A DNA stretch of 64,000 nt from Bacteroidota bacterium (lineage in GTDB: Bacteria > Bacteroidota > Bacteroidia > Chitinophagales > BACL12), in NCBI GenBank assembly GCA_016124275.1, contig WGOA01000052.1, positions 7,440 through 71,439 of the forward strand, given 5' to 3'. Numbering within the stretch: position 1 is the first letter of the stretch; the number at the start of each line of letters is the position of its first letter. A program made the position numbers and the translations under genes. The notes beneath the pieces are model-generated. The model searched no databases, was not told where the DNA came from, and saw only the letters and a list, made by a program, of their open reading frames with translations. Below are positions 49,397-58,995 of the stretch, one piece after another.

Positions 49397-50404
49397 TTGA
49401 AAGCAATAGCCAAAAAGATGTTCAAACCCGCCATATTCCTGGCGCTGGGCATTTTCATTCTGTGGAAGTTGGTGGACGGTATGAGCGAGGAAGTGCGCAC
49501 ACAAACCGTCGAAGCCCTGCGCCAGGCCAAATACGGCTGGGTGGTTCTTTCCATCGGTTGTGGAATCCTAAGCCACATGAGCAGAACCCAGCGATGGCGC
49601 ATGCTCATAGAACCGCTTGGCCACTATCCGCGCTACGGCGTTACCTTTTTGTGCGTCATGATCAGCTATGTAGCCAATTTGGCGGTTCCGCGCCTGGGTG
49701 AAGTGCTCAAATGCACCTTTCTGAGCCGCTATGAGCGTATCCCGGCCGATAAAGTCATCGGCACCATGATTGCCGAGCGCTCCGTGGACGCCATCACCTT
49801 GGTTCTGGTTACGTTGGTCACTTTGGCTTTGCAGTACGCCAAGCTCCGCGAATTCTTCCACGAAAGCGTTACTGCGCCCATGCAGGCTACCTTAGCCAGC
49901 AACCCACTGCTAGGTCCGGGCCTGTTAATCGGCTTGGCTGTTGCGTTGTTCCTGGGTTGGCTGGGCTGGCGCAAGGTCCGCGATTCTGAACGCCTGGAGC
50001 GTTTTCGCGATGTATTGCGCAATGTGAAAGAAGGGCTGACCAGTTTGCGCCGCGTCAAAAACCTTCCCCTGTTCATTTTTCATTCCCTGTTCATCTGGGC
50101 CATGTATTACGCGATGGTGGCTATCGCTTTCCCTGCGCTTGTTGAAACGGCTGGCCTCGGATTCTCCGCCGGAATGGCTATTTTGGTGTTCGGCTCTGTG
50201 GGCATTATTGCTACCCCCGGGGGCATAGGAGCTTACCAGTTAATCGTCAGCGAAACGCTGGTTAAATTGTACGGCGTGGCCGAAGGAGGAGCCTTCGCTT
50301 TTGCCAACATTGTCTGGGGTGCACAAACCGCCATGATTATCGTTTTCGGTCTCGCTTCTTTGGCTATTTTGCCCCTCTTCCGCGTTCGGCATCAACCTGC
50401 ATGA
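49397..50404 (+). CDS. Lysylphosphatidylglycerol synthase TM / flippase-like membrane protein
   Basis: R..RW, Y.AN..PR.GE, GT...ER..D, TPGGIGAY; multiple TM segments. Confidence 0.85.
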   Translation: MKAIAKKMFKPAIFLALGIFILWKLVDGMSEEVRTQTVEALRQAKYGWVVLSIGCGILSHMSRTQRWRMLIEPLGHYPRYGVTFLCVMISYVANLAVPRLGEVLKCTFLSRYERIPADKVIGTMIAERSVDAITLVLVTLVTLALQYAKLREFFHESVTAPMQATLASNPLLGPGLLIGLAVALFLGWLGWRKVRDSERLERFRDVLRNVKEGLTSLRRVKNLPLFIFHSLFIWAMYYAMVAIAFPALVETAGLGFSAGMAILVFGSVGIIATPGGIGAYQLIVSETLVKLYGVAEGGAFAFANIVWGAQTAMIIVFGLASLAILPLFRVRHQPA

Positions 50405-50411
50405 CCTCTTT

Positions 50412-50903
50412 ATGAGCAACCTCCAATACCTGCAACAAAAAATTATGACGCCGGACCAAGCGGCGCATACGGTGCTCGGCTGGAAGCTCAAGAGTGCCCG
50501 AATCGGCTTTACCAACGGCTGTTTCGATCTATTGCACGCAGGGCATTTGCACACGTTGATCCATACCGCCAATCACAGCGATAAACTTGTGGTAGGCTTA
50601 AACAGCGACGTATCGGTCAGCAGGCTTAAAGGAGCTGGCAGGCCCCTTGTAGGGCAGGAGCAGCGCGCCTTGTTGCTGGCCGCGTTTCTCTTTGTCGATG
50701 CCGTGGTCATCTTTGACCAGGATACCCCGCTGGAGCTCATTGGCCTGTTGCTTCCCGATCTGTTGGTCAAGGGCGGAGATTGGGCTGAAAAGGACATTGT
50801 CGGAGCTGATCTGGTCAGGCAACACGGCGGGGATGTTCAGGTGGTGCCTTACTTAACAGGTTGGTCCACCACCAATCTCGCGCGCAAACTGGAGCAGTTG
50901 TAA
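50412..50903 (+). CDS. rfaE2: RfaE domain II-like adenylyltransferase (heptose-1-P adenylyltransferase type)
   Basis: FTNGCFDLLHAGH, VVGLNSD.SV..LKG..RP, LVKGGD, STT. Confidence 0.88.
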   Translation: MSNLQYLQQKIMTPDQAAHTVLGWKLKSARIGFTNGCFDLLHAGHLHTLIHTANHSDKLVVGLNSDVSVSRLKGAGRPLVGQEQRALLLAAFLFVDAVVIFDQDTPLELIGLLLPDLLVKGGDWAEKDIVGADLVRQHGGDVQVVPYLTGWSTTNLARKLEQL

Positions 50904-51001
50904 CACCAAACAAGCACCCTTCCCCGGTTGTTTTGGATTGGGATGTCCTTGCTAACTTTGGCCCGCCCTCCTTATCCTGATTTTTCCTCAATTCATTTTG
51001 C

Positions 51002-52141
51002 ATGTATTTCGACCTTTCTGAAGAGCATCGGATGATCCAGAAAGCTGCCCGCGACTTTGCGCAGCAGGAGCTTAAACCCGGGGTTATTCACCGCGATTCC
51101 ACCATGACTTACCCTGCTGAGCAGGTAAAGCGAATGGGGGAATTGGGTTTTCTCGGCATGATGGTCGACCCTAAGTACGGCGGAGGGGGAATGGACACGC
51201 TCAGCTATGTGCTGGTCATGGAAGAATTGTCCAAGGTGGACAACTCCTGCTCGGTCGTGGTTTCCGTTAACAACTCCCTGGTAACATGGGGATTGGAGCA
51301 ATACGGCAACGAAGACCAAAAGGAACGCTATTTGCGGCAACTGGCCAGTGGCCAAACCATTGGTGCCTTTTGCCTTTCAGAGCCTGAAGCGGGGTCTGAT
51401 GCCACCAGCCAGCGAACAACGGCTGAAGATATGGGCGACTACTACCTGCTCAACGGCACCAAAAACTGGATCACCAACGGTGGAACCGCCGGGGTGTACC
51501 TGGTCATGGCACAAACCCGGGCAGATGCCGGTCCCAGAGGCATTAATTGCCTGATTGTTGAACGCGGAATGCCCGGTTTTGATATTGGTGCAAAAGAAGA
51601 CAAGCTGGGGATTCGGGCGTCCGACACCCATACGCTGTTGTTTTCTGATGTCAAGGTGCCCAAGGCCAACCGGATAGGCGACGATGGCTTCGGTTTCAAG
51701 TTTGCCATGAAGACCCTTGGCGGCGGGCGCATCGGAATTGCCGCCCAAGCGCTGGGTATCGCTGCCGGAGCGTTTGAATTGGCAACGGAGTATGCGAAAC
51801 AACGCCGCGCCTTTGGCACAGAGATCGCCAACCACCAGGCCATTCAGTTTAAACTGGCTGACATGGCCACACAGATTGAAGCGGCTCGTCTCCTGGTGTA
51901 CAAAGCGGCCTGGTTAAAGGACAACGGCCTTGACTACACCAGCGCTTCGTCCATGGCCAAGTTGTTCGCTTCTGAAGTGGCCATGCGCACCACGGTAGAA
52001 GCGGTTCAGGTTCACGGCGGGTACGGCTACGTCAAGGAGTACCATGTAGAGCGCCTTATGCGCGATGCCAAAATCACCCAGATTTACGAGGGAACGTCTG
52101 AAGTTCAGCGGATGGTGATCAGTCGCGGGGCATTAGCCTAA
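51002..52141 (+). CDS. Short-chain acyl-CoA dehydrogenase
   Basis: FCLSEPEAGSDA, NGTKNWITNG, KLGIRAS, GRIGIAAQ, QVHGGYGY, RDAKITQIYEGTSE. Confidence 0.94.
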   Translation: MYFDLSEEHRMIQKAARDFAQQELKPGVIHRDSTMTYPAEQVKRMGELGFLGMMVDPKYGGGGMDTLSYVLVMEELSKVDNSCSVVVSVNNSLVTWGLEQYGNEDQKERYLRQLASGQTIGAFCLSEPEAGSDATSQRTTAEDMGDYYLLNGTKNWITNGGTAGVYLVMAQTRADAGPRGINCLIVERGMPGFDIGAKEDKLGIRASDTHTLLFSDVKVPKANRIGDDGFGFKFAMKTLGGGRIGIAAQALGIAAGAFELATEYAKQRRAFGTEIANHQAIQFKLADMATQIEAARLLVYKAAWLKDNGLDYTSASSMAKLFASEVAMRTTVEAVQVHGGYGYVKEYHVERLMRDAKITQIYEGTSEVQRMVISRGALA

Positions 52142-52170
52142 AATCTTACTTAAAATCCTAAAGGCACCCG

Positions 52171-52527
52171 TTAAGCCGAAAAGGATGTACCGCATCCACA
52201 GGTCTCGCTTGCGTTGGGGTTGTTGAAGGTGAATCCCCGGTTGTCCAAGCCTTCTGAATAGTGAATCTCCATGCCTTCCAGATAGAGGGCATGGGCGGGG
52301 TCCATCAGGACGCGAACGCCCTCGTAATCAAATTCCTGGTCGTTTGGACCAGCCCAGTCAAAGTCAAGCAAATAGGAGAGGCCAGAGCAACCGCCTCCTT
52401 TGACCCCAATACGCAGGGCCTTGCCCGTTTCTACACCGCTGCGGCTGATCAAGGATCGAATTTCTGTCAACGCCCCTTCCGTAAATCGGACCGGGCAGGC
52501 AGCCGAAAGGGTTTTTAATGTGCTCAT
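52171..52527 (-). CDS. Iron-sulfur cluster assembly accessory protein (IscA/HesB)
   Basis: LRIGVKGGGCSG, NPNA..TCGCGTSF. Confidence 0.93.
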   Translation of the reverse strand: MSTLKTLSAACPVRFTEGALTEIRSLISRSGVETGKALRIGVKGGGCSGLSYLLDFDWAGPNDQEFDYEGVRVLMDPAHALYLEGMEIHYSEGLDNRGFTFNNPNASETCGCGTSFSA

Positions 52528-52729
52528 GCTACAAATTTACGGCTAAACAAGTGCCCTTGGCAATGTCCGGCCAAGGTTCAGGGCGCCAAGTTTGAGGATT
52601 CCCGGTTGAAAGGGTGATTCGCGCCTCGGCCCTTCGCCCGAAATGGGCATTTTCAACATTGGATGGGTAACCCCAGCAGTTTGACTGCGTTAAAAAAGGC
52701 GTTCTTTAGCCTCAGAATTCCCCGTTCCT

Positions 52730-53260
52730 ATGGAGACCAACCCTTTCTTGCAACTCTTGCTGTACACCATTCCCGCCTTGGTGGTTTTTTTGGTGACCTA
52801 CTTGTCGCTGCGCCTCTATCTGCAAAAGGAATACCGCCTGAAACAGATTGAGCTGAAAATGGCGGGGATTCGGGAGGCCAGGCCCGTCCGATTTCAGGCT
52901 TATGAGCGGGTTGCGCTTTTGCTGGAGCGGATTGCGCTGAACAACATCCTGCACCGTGTGCGGAAGACCGACATGACGGTCAGGGATTTTCAGCTGGCAA
53001 TTTTGTCAAACATCCGTTCGGAGTTTGACCACAATGTTACCCAGCAGGTTTATGTGTCTATAGAACTCTGGACGGCGGTCAAGGCAGCCAAAGAAGAAGT
53101 GGTCAGCATTGTCAACCGCGTAGCCTCCGAGCTGCCCCCTCAGGCACCGGGCATCGAACTGAGCAAACGCATCTTTGCGCACATGATTGACACCGAAGAC
53201 AAGACGCCTACGCAACGCGCATTGGACGTTTTAAAGCGCGAAGTGATGGAATTGTATTGA
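52730..53260 (+). CDS. Conserved Bacteroidota membrane-anchored hypothetical protein
   Basis: N-terminal TM; QAYER..L.LERI, IR.EF.HN..QQ.YVS..LW. Confidence 0.75.
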   Translation: METNPFLQLLLYTIPALVVFLVTYLSLRLYLQKEYRLKQIELKMAGIREARPVRFQAYERVALLLERIALNNILHRVRKTDMTVRDFQLAILSNIRSEFDHNVTQQVYVSIELWTAVKAAKEEVVSIVNRVASELPPQAPGIELSKRIFAHMIDTEDKTPTQRALDVLKREVMELY

Positions 53261-53809
53261 GCAAGTTTTTTGGCAACTTTTTGGTGGAAAACGGGTGGGA
53301 AAATTTTTACTAAATTTTATTTTTCTACTATCAAAACAGCGCGGATTCCTCCAGCACTGCCATTTTGGTGCATTAATTGTTGAAAGCCATTTAGTAATGC
53401 ACACCAGCAATCCACGCACCAGAAACATCTGTTCAACTTCGTCCATTTTTCTCCACGTTCTGCCCCGCGCAATGTGGAATTTCTTCCTAGTTTAGTCCAC
53501 CGTTTGGCGTTGCCGCGGGCGTTCGGTTAACAAGTTGGCTTTTAGAGAAGTGATGGACCGTATCTTATCCACATCCCGCTCCTTTCGCTGCCAACACGTT
53601 GATCACTTTCTTAGTTTTTAAGCAGCAGACCCTCTCTCACAGGATGGTCTGGTTGTCAGTAGAAAGCTTCCTTTTTCACGGTTAGCTTCCGCTTGCGACC
53701 AGGTCGTTCAGGGTTTCGCATGCCGTACATGGAGGAAAGCGCGCTCGATACAAGGCCAAATGGCATGTTCTATTGCTATTGGATCACCTGATTAACCTGA
53801 ACGAGCCGG
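53261..53809. promoter_or_regulatory. dnaA upstream region / oriC candidate with DnaA box
   Basis: 549-bp AT-richer spacer; perfect TTATCCACA at 53565-53573; several degenerate TCCAC/GTGGA cores. Confidence 0.6.
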
Positions 53810-55243
53810 ATGAGTAAATCACATGACAACGTATGGACCAATTGCCTCAAAATCATCAAGGACAATGTCAGCCAACAAAGCTTTCGCACCTGGTTTGAGC
53901 CGATCAAGCCGGTTGCCCTCCACGAAAACATCCTGACTATCCAGGTTCCCAGCCAATTCTTCTACGAATGGTTAGAAGAGCACTATGTCAGTTTGCTGCG
54001 CAAGACCATCAAGCGGGAAATGGGCAAAGAAGCTAAATTGGAGTACCAGATTATTGTTGAAGGAGGCTCAGCCACTGGCCGGCCTTACACGGTTAACTAC
54101 CCCAACTACAATTCAGGCGACTCTCAGAACCTTGAGCTGGACCCGCCCATGGTTGTGGGCAATTCCATCAAGAATCCCTTTGTTATTCCGGGGCTCAAGA
54201 AAATCAACATTGATTCTCAGCTCAACCCCAATGCAAACTTTGAGTCGTTTGTTGAAGGAGATTGCAACCGCCTCGCCCGCTCAGCCGGATATGCTGTAGC
54301 GGACAAGCCGGGAACTACTGCGTTCAACCCACTGGTCATTTACGGCGGTGTAGGCTTGGGCAAGACTCACCTGGCGCAGGCCATCGGCAACATGGTCAAG
54401 CAGAAGTACAAGAACAAAACGGTTCTGTACGTCAGCAGCGAGAAATTCACCAACCAGTTCATTGATTCGCTCAAGAACAACTCGGTTAACGACTTTATCC
54501 ACTTCTACCAACTTATTGATGTCCTGATCATTGACGACATTCAGTTCTTTGCCAACAAGCAAAAGACGCAGGACATGTTCTTTCACATTTTCAACCACCT
54601 GCACCAAGAGAAGAAACAATTGATCCTGACGTCTGACCGCGCACCGCGCGATCTGGAAGGTGTCGAAGAGCGTTTGCTTTCCCGCTTCAAGTGGGGCCTG
54701 GCTGCTGACCTGACGGTCCCCGACTTTGAGACCCGACTGGCCATTCTGGAAAAGAAGATGTACGCCGATGGCATTGAGCTTCCCCGCGAAGTGGTGGAAT
54801 TTGTGGCCTACAACATTAACTCCAATGTTCGCGAGTTAGAAGGTGCGCTGATTTCTCTGTTGGCCCAGGCTTCGTTGAACAAAAAGGAAATAGACCTGGA
54901 TCTGGCCAAAAAGATCATCAAGAACTTTGTCAAGAGCATCAGCCGTGAAGTCTCAATTGACTTTATCCAGAAAACGGTTTGCGAATACTTTGATGTTCCG
55001 GTCGAAAAGCTTCGTGAGAAAACGCGAAAGCGTCAGGTCGTCCAGGCCCGTCAGCTTTCCATGTTTTTGGCCAAGCACTTTACCAAGAACTCGCTCAAAG
55101 TCATTGGCAAACATTTTGGCGGTCGGGACCACAGCACGGTTATTCACTCCTGCCAGGCTGTTCAGAACCTGATGGACACCGATGGGAAGTTCAAAGACAG
55201 TGTATCTGACATTCAAAAGAAGATTCAGATGAGCATTAGCTGA
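53810..55243 (+). CDS. dnaA: Chromosomal replication initiator DnaA
   Basis: FNPLVIYGGVGLGKTHL, LIIDDIQF, RLLSRFKWGL, NVRELEG, ARQLSM, IGKHFGGRDHSTVIH. Confidence 0.98.
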   Translation: MSKSHDNVWTNCLKIIKDNVSQQSFRTWFEPIKPVALHENILTIQVPSQFFYEWLEEHYVSLLRKTIKREMGKEAKLEYQIIVEGGSATGRPYTVNYPNYNSGDSQNLELDPPMVVGNSIKNPFVIPGLKKINIDSQLNPNANFESFVEGDCNRLARSAGYAVADKPGTTAFNPLVIYGGVGLGKTHLAQAIGNMVKQKYKNKTVLYVSSEKFTNQFIDSLKNNSVNDFIHFYQLIDVLIIDDIQFFANKQKTQDMFFHIFNHLHQEKKQLILTSDRAPRDLEGVEERLLSRFKWGLAADLTVPDFETRLAILEKKMYADGIELPREVVEFVAYNINSNVRELEGALISLLAQASLNKKEIDLDLAKKIIKNFVKSISREVSIDFIQKTVCEYFDVPVEKLREKTRKRQVVQARQLSMFLAKHFTKNSLKVIGKHFGGRDHSTVIHSCQAVQNLMDTDGKFKDSVSDIQKKIQMSIS

Positions 55244-55309
55244 AGGCAGTAAGGCCATGCTGGCTTTTCGCCTGGTCAATCCAAGGCTTGGTCTGTTAAG
55301 GACAGGCAG

Positions 55310-55343
55310 AAACCACTCCGTTTAGGGGTGGTTTTTGTTTTTT
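55310..55343 (+). terminator. Intrinsic terminator of dnaA
   Basis: AAACCACTC...GGGGTGGTTT hairpin followed by a T-run. Confidence 0.75.
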
Positions 55344-55344
55344 T

Positions 55345-55692
55345 AAAAAGGAAGTCGATGTTGTGCTTGTTTTTCATCGCTAAGCGATCCAATTCGTTCA
55401 GCATCATTTTTCCATAGCCTTTCTTTTGTTCTTTGGGAAGAACCGAAAAGTCAATGACGCCCAATACGCGGATAAGTTCTCCGTTGAGATTCATGCCCCG
55501 GTAATCCAGACCAAGTTGTCCAATGACCATTTCATTTTTACACATGACCAGACGGTAGTGGCAGCATTGTTTATAGAACAACCGGCCTTGGTGGTCATAA
55601 TCAGGAAAACAAACCCTGAGCAGTGCATTAATTTATGGCCGAAACTTTTCCGGTAAAGCGTATTCAGGATACAAGTTAATTTGCAACGACAT
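55345..55692 (-). pseudogene. GNAT acetyltransferase pseudogene (internal stop, 3' truncation)
   Basis: ATG 55692 reads MSLQINLYPEYALPEKFRP*(TAA 55635-55633)INALLRVCFP...VLGVIDFSVLPKEQKKGYGKMML...NIDFLF, then runs into the dnaA terminator. Confidence 0.75.
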
Positions 55693-55794
55693 TTTACCGT
55701 ATGTTTTTATATTGTTATAATATTTAATAGTTACGGAAAGTAAATTTAATCAAAGTTTGGTGTTTTTTTTGTAGTTTAGCCCTATCCCTATTTT

Positions 55795-55894
55795 TTCAGA
55801 TGCAAGGCCTATCTCTAAGTCACTCGGCTTTGAGGTAAACTTTTCTATTTTTTAAAGGTTCCCGACTTCGCCGAAGGAGTGCTGTGCATCTGAG
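55795..55894 (+). ncRNA. Structured 5' leader, riboswitch/cis-regulatory RNA candidate
   Basis: TCAGATGCA(55796)/TGCATCTGA(55893) closing stem with nested CACTC/GAGTG, CGGC/GCCG, GAGGT/ACTTC, AACTTTT/AAAGGTT pairings; ends 15 nt before the TTG start. Confidence 0.55.
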
Positions 55895-55908
55895 TCAAAA
55901 CTATTTTT

Positions 55909-57354
55909 TTGGTTAGCATACTTGACATAACTATTTTTATAGCATATATTTTATTAATGCTAAGTGTTGGGTATCATTTTTACCGACGCAATGAATCTGA
56001 AGAAGATTATTTCATTGGCGGGCGGAGCATGGGACCATGGCACATAGGGCTTTCAGTGGTAGCAACCGATGTTGGGGGTGGCTTCTCCATAGGCCTTGGA
56101 GGCTTGGGTTTCACCATGGGCATTGCAGGTTCCTGGATGTTGTTTACCGGATTATTGGGTGCGTGGCTAGCGGCATGTTTGCTCATTCCAAGGGTTTACC
56201 GGCTTCCAGAGTTTTCCAAACTCAGCACATTCCCCCAAATTTTTCACAACCTGTTTGGCAAATGGCCTGCATTTATGGCGGCGGTAATTTCGCTTATTGG
56301 CTATTTGGGCTTTACCAGTTCTCAGCTTTTGGCTGGGGCTAAACTGGCATCCGGTACTTTTCCAGGCTTTAGCCTGATGCAGGCCTTGCTTTTAATGGGT
56401 GTCATCGCTGTGGTCTATACCGTGATGGGTGGAATCAAGGCGGTTATTTATACCGATACCATACAATGGATAATCCTCCTGGCGGGGCTCATTTTTATAG
56501 GATTGCCCATGGGTTTTTTAGCGGTAGGCGGGAGCGAAGGGATACGTCAGGCACTTCCACCGGATATGCTTAGTCTGGGCAATATTGGTGCAGTTCAGGT
56601 AATCAATTGGGCTATTACCATCATTCCTATTTGGTTCATTGGCATGACGCTTTATCAGCGCATCTTCGCAAGCCGCGACGAAAAGTCTGCAAAAAAGGCC
56701 TGGTACATCGCCGGTCTTTTTGAATGGCCAGCGATGGCCTTTCTCGGAGTCAGCTTAGGCCTTTTAGCGCGCGTAGCCGCTGAGCAGGGCATGTTTGCGC
56801 CATTGGGCTATGGGGCGGGTGCCCTGCCTGATCCTGAGATTGGTTTGCCCATGTTATTGAGCACCATCCTACCAAGTGGTCTGCTTGGCTTGATGATGGC
56901 CGCTTACTTTTCAGCCATTCTCTCCACCGCCGACAGTTGTTTGATGGCCGCATCGGGCAATCTGACCACTGACCTTATGCCCTTTCTCCGCAAAGGAAAA
57001 GCAGGAAACACCCTGGCTTACTCCCAATGGGCAACGCTGATTTTAGGGGTCCTTGCACTGGGCATCGCCCTGTATCTGGAGAGTGTATTGGAACTCATGC
57101 TGCTCTCGTATGCGTTTATGGTATCTGGGTTGTTTGTTCCCCTCGTAGCCGGACTTTTCTTTAGAAAGACCAATGCAGCTGCATCCATTGGGGCTATGGC
57201 AGCAGGAGGAACCACGACCATCGCGCTGACACTCGCCAAGGTGGCCCTGCCGTATAGCTTTGATCCCATTCTGTTTGGCCTGGCAGCATCGGTTAGTGTT
57301 TACATTGTCCTTTACACCATCAATCAGCAAAATATCAACCATGCAAATTCATAG
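55909..57354 (+). CDS. Sodium:solute symporter family protein (PutP-like)
   Basis: DYFIGGRSM, YTVMGGIKAVIYTDTIQW, YQRIFA, SAILSTADS; ~13 TM segments; TTG start. Confidence 0.92.
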   Translation: MVSILDITIFIAYILLMLSVGYHFYRRNESEEDYFIGGRSMGPWHIGLSVVATDVGGGFSIGLGGLGFTMGIAGSWMLFTGLLGAWLAACLLIPRVYRLPEFSKLSTFPQIFHNLFGKWPAFMAAVISLIGYLGFTSSQLLAGAKLASGTFPGFSLMQALLLMGVIAVVYTVMGGIKAVIYTDTIQWIILLAGLIFIGLPMGFLAVGGSEGIRQALPPDMLSLGNIGAVQVINWAITIIPIWFIGMTLYQRIFASRDEKSAKKAWYIAGLFEWPAMAFLGVSLGLLARVAAEQGMFAPLGYGAGALPDPEIGLPMLLSTILPSGLLGLMMAAYFSAILSTADSCLMAASGNLTTDLMPFLRKGKAGNTLAYSQWATLILGVLALGIALYLESVLELMLLSYAFMVSGLFVPLVAGLFFRKTNAAASIGAMAAGGTTTIALTLAKVALPYSFDPILFGLAASVSVYIVLYTINQQNINHANS

Positions 57355-57766
57355 ATACACCGCATTGGCGCAGCTCGATGATTCGCTTGAGGACATTGTC
57401 GATTTCCTGTTCAGCAGACTGGAGCATTATGGCGATTCCAAGCCAGACATCCGTAAATGCCTGGAGTATGCCTTCAACAAAGGTGGATCCCTTACAATTG
57501 GACGCTTGAACAGTCAAATGGCTGGAATTGTCGTGGTCAATGAAACGGGGATGAGCGGCTTTATCCCGGAGAACATTCTCGTTTACATCGCCGTGGAACA
57601 ATCCTTGCGGGGCATGGGCATAGGAAGACAGTTGATGCAACACGTTATTGACCACACCAAGGGCAACATTGCGCTGCATGTTGAGCCTGACAATCCAGCG
57701 CGAAGGCTTTACGAAAAGTTGGGATTTACCAACAAGTACCTTGAAATGCGATTGCTCAAGCCATGA
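57341..57766 (+). CDS. GNAT N-acetyltransferase
   Basis: ILVYIAV...RGMGIGRQLM, LHVEPDNPA..LYEKLGF. Confidence 0.9.
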   Translation: MQIHRYTALAQLDDSLEDIVDFLFSRLEHYGDSKPDIRKCLEYAFNKGGSLTIGRLNSQMAGIVVVNETGMSGFIPENILVYIAVEQSLRGMGIGRQLMQHVIDHTKGNIALHVEPDNPARRLYEKLGFTNKYLEMRLLKP

Positions 57767-58995
57767 TCAACCCAGCAACGGTCCGTCTTTTAACAGCATT
57801 GCGGCATAAGCTGCATCAACAGGCAGAATTGTCCGGTGCTGAGATTCAGACGCAGAAACTTATCCGCAAGTTTCTGGAACAACACTGTCCTTCGGCTTCC
57901 ATCACCCCAATAGCGGAAACAGGATTGCTGGTTGCGTTTCCGAACCTGAACGAATCGTCTATCCAGCATCCAGCCCCGCACAAGAACCCTGTACAAGCCC
58001 TGGACGCAGCGCCTCATGGCAGTGCCAAATCTGGTCCAGCACTTTTGTTCCGGGCCGATATTGATGCGCTGCCCATTCAGGATCGCATCGCTTCCGCCTA
58101 CCAATCCCTCAACAACGGGGTAGGGCACAAGTGCGGGCATGATGGGCACACGGTCATTCTATGTGGCCTGGCCATGCATCTGCAAGCACATCCGCCTGAA
58201 GCGGCGCGGGTGTTTCTCTTGTTTCAACCCGCAGAAGAAACGGGCGAAGGGGCAAAGCGGGTTTGGGCAACGTTGTCCCAAGACCAACAGCACTTCGACT
58301 ATGTTTTTGCCTTGCACAATATACCTGGGGTGGCATTGGGCCATATTCTTTGCAAAGCCGGTCCCATCACCTCTGCCGTGATTTCGATGATCGTTAAATT
58401 GGAAGGTCGGCGTGCCCACGCTGCGGAGCCCTGGCATGCCATCAATCCATCCTCTGCCATCGGCCCGATGCTGGCGGCCGCGCGTTCCTTAGAGGAGCAC
58501 AACGGCAAGCGAGATGATTTTGCAGTCATAACTCCCATCCACCTTTGGGTGGGAAGTCCGGATTACGGCATATCACCGGCGGACGCTGAACTGCATTTTA
58601 CCCTTCGCTGCAGAACCAGTCAGGTCTTAGCGCAAAAGGTTCAAGCCTTCTGTTCTCAGATTGATCAGATTGCCAACCAAGAAAAACTGCGGGTACACTA
58701 CCACCAATTGCAAGCTTTTGAATCGTGTGTTAACGAGGAGTCGGCCGTAGCGTTGGTGTGCGAAGCGGCACGTTCCCTTGCGCTGCCCTATACGGAAATG
58801 GAGCATTCGTTTAGTTGGGGCGAAGATTTTGGCTTGTATACACAGCATTATAAAGCAGCATTGTTCGGTATTGGTGCCGGTGAATCGCTGCCACAACTCC
58901 ATGAGGATACGTATGATTTCCCCGACGCGTTGATCGCTCCTGCAGTTGAAATGTTCCAAGCACTCCTGAAACACACCGCTGCAAGCCATGTTTGA
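57763..58995 (+). CDS. M20D amidohydrolase
   Basis: LH..AELSG.E, FRADIDALPI, HKCGHDGH, FQPAEETGEGA, ALHN, GEDF, LH...YDF. Confidence 0.9.
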   Translation: MINPATVRLLTALRHKLHQQAELSGAEIQTQKLIRKFLEQHCPSASITPIAETGLLVAFPNLNESSIQHPAPHKNPVQALDAAPHGSAKSGPALLFRADIDALPIQDRIASAYQSLNNGVGHKCGHDGHTVILCGLAMHLQAHPPEAARVFLLFQPAEETGEGAKRVWATLSQDQQHFDYVFALHNIPGVALGHILCKAGPITSAVISMIVKLEGRRAHAAEPWHAINPSSAIGPMLAAARSLEEHNGKRDDFAVITPIHLWVGSPDYGISPADAELHFTLRCRTSQVLAQKVQAFCSQIDQIANQEKLRVHYHQLQAFESCVNEESAVALVCEAARSLALPYTEMEHSFSWGEDFGLYTQHYKAALFGIGAGESLPQLHEDTYDFPDALIAPAVEMFQALLKHTAASHV

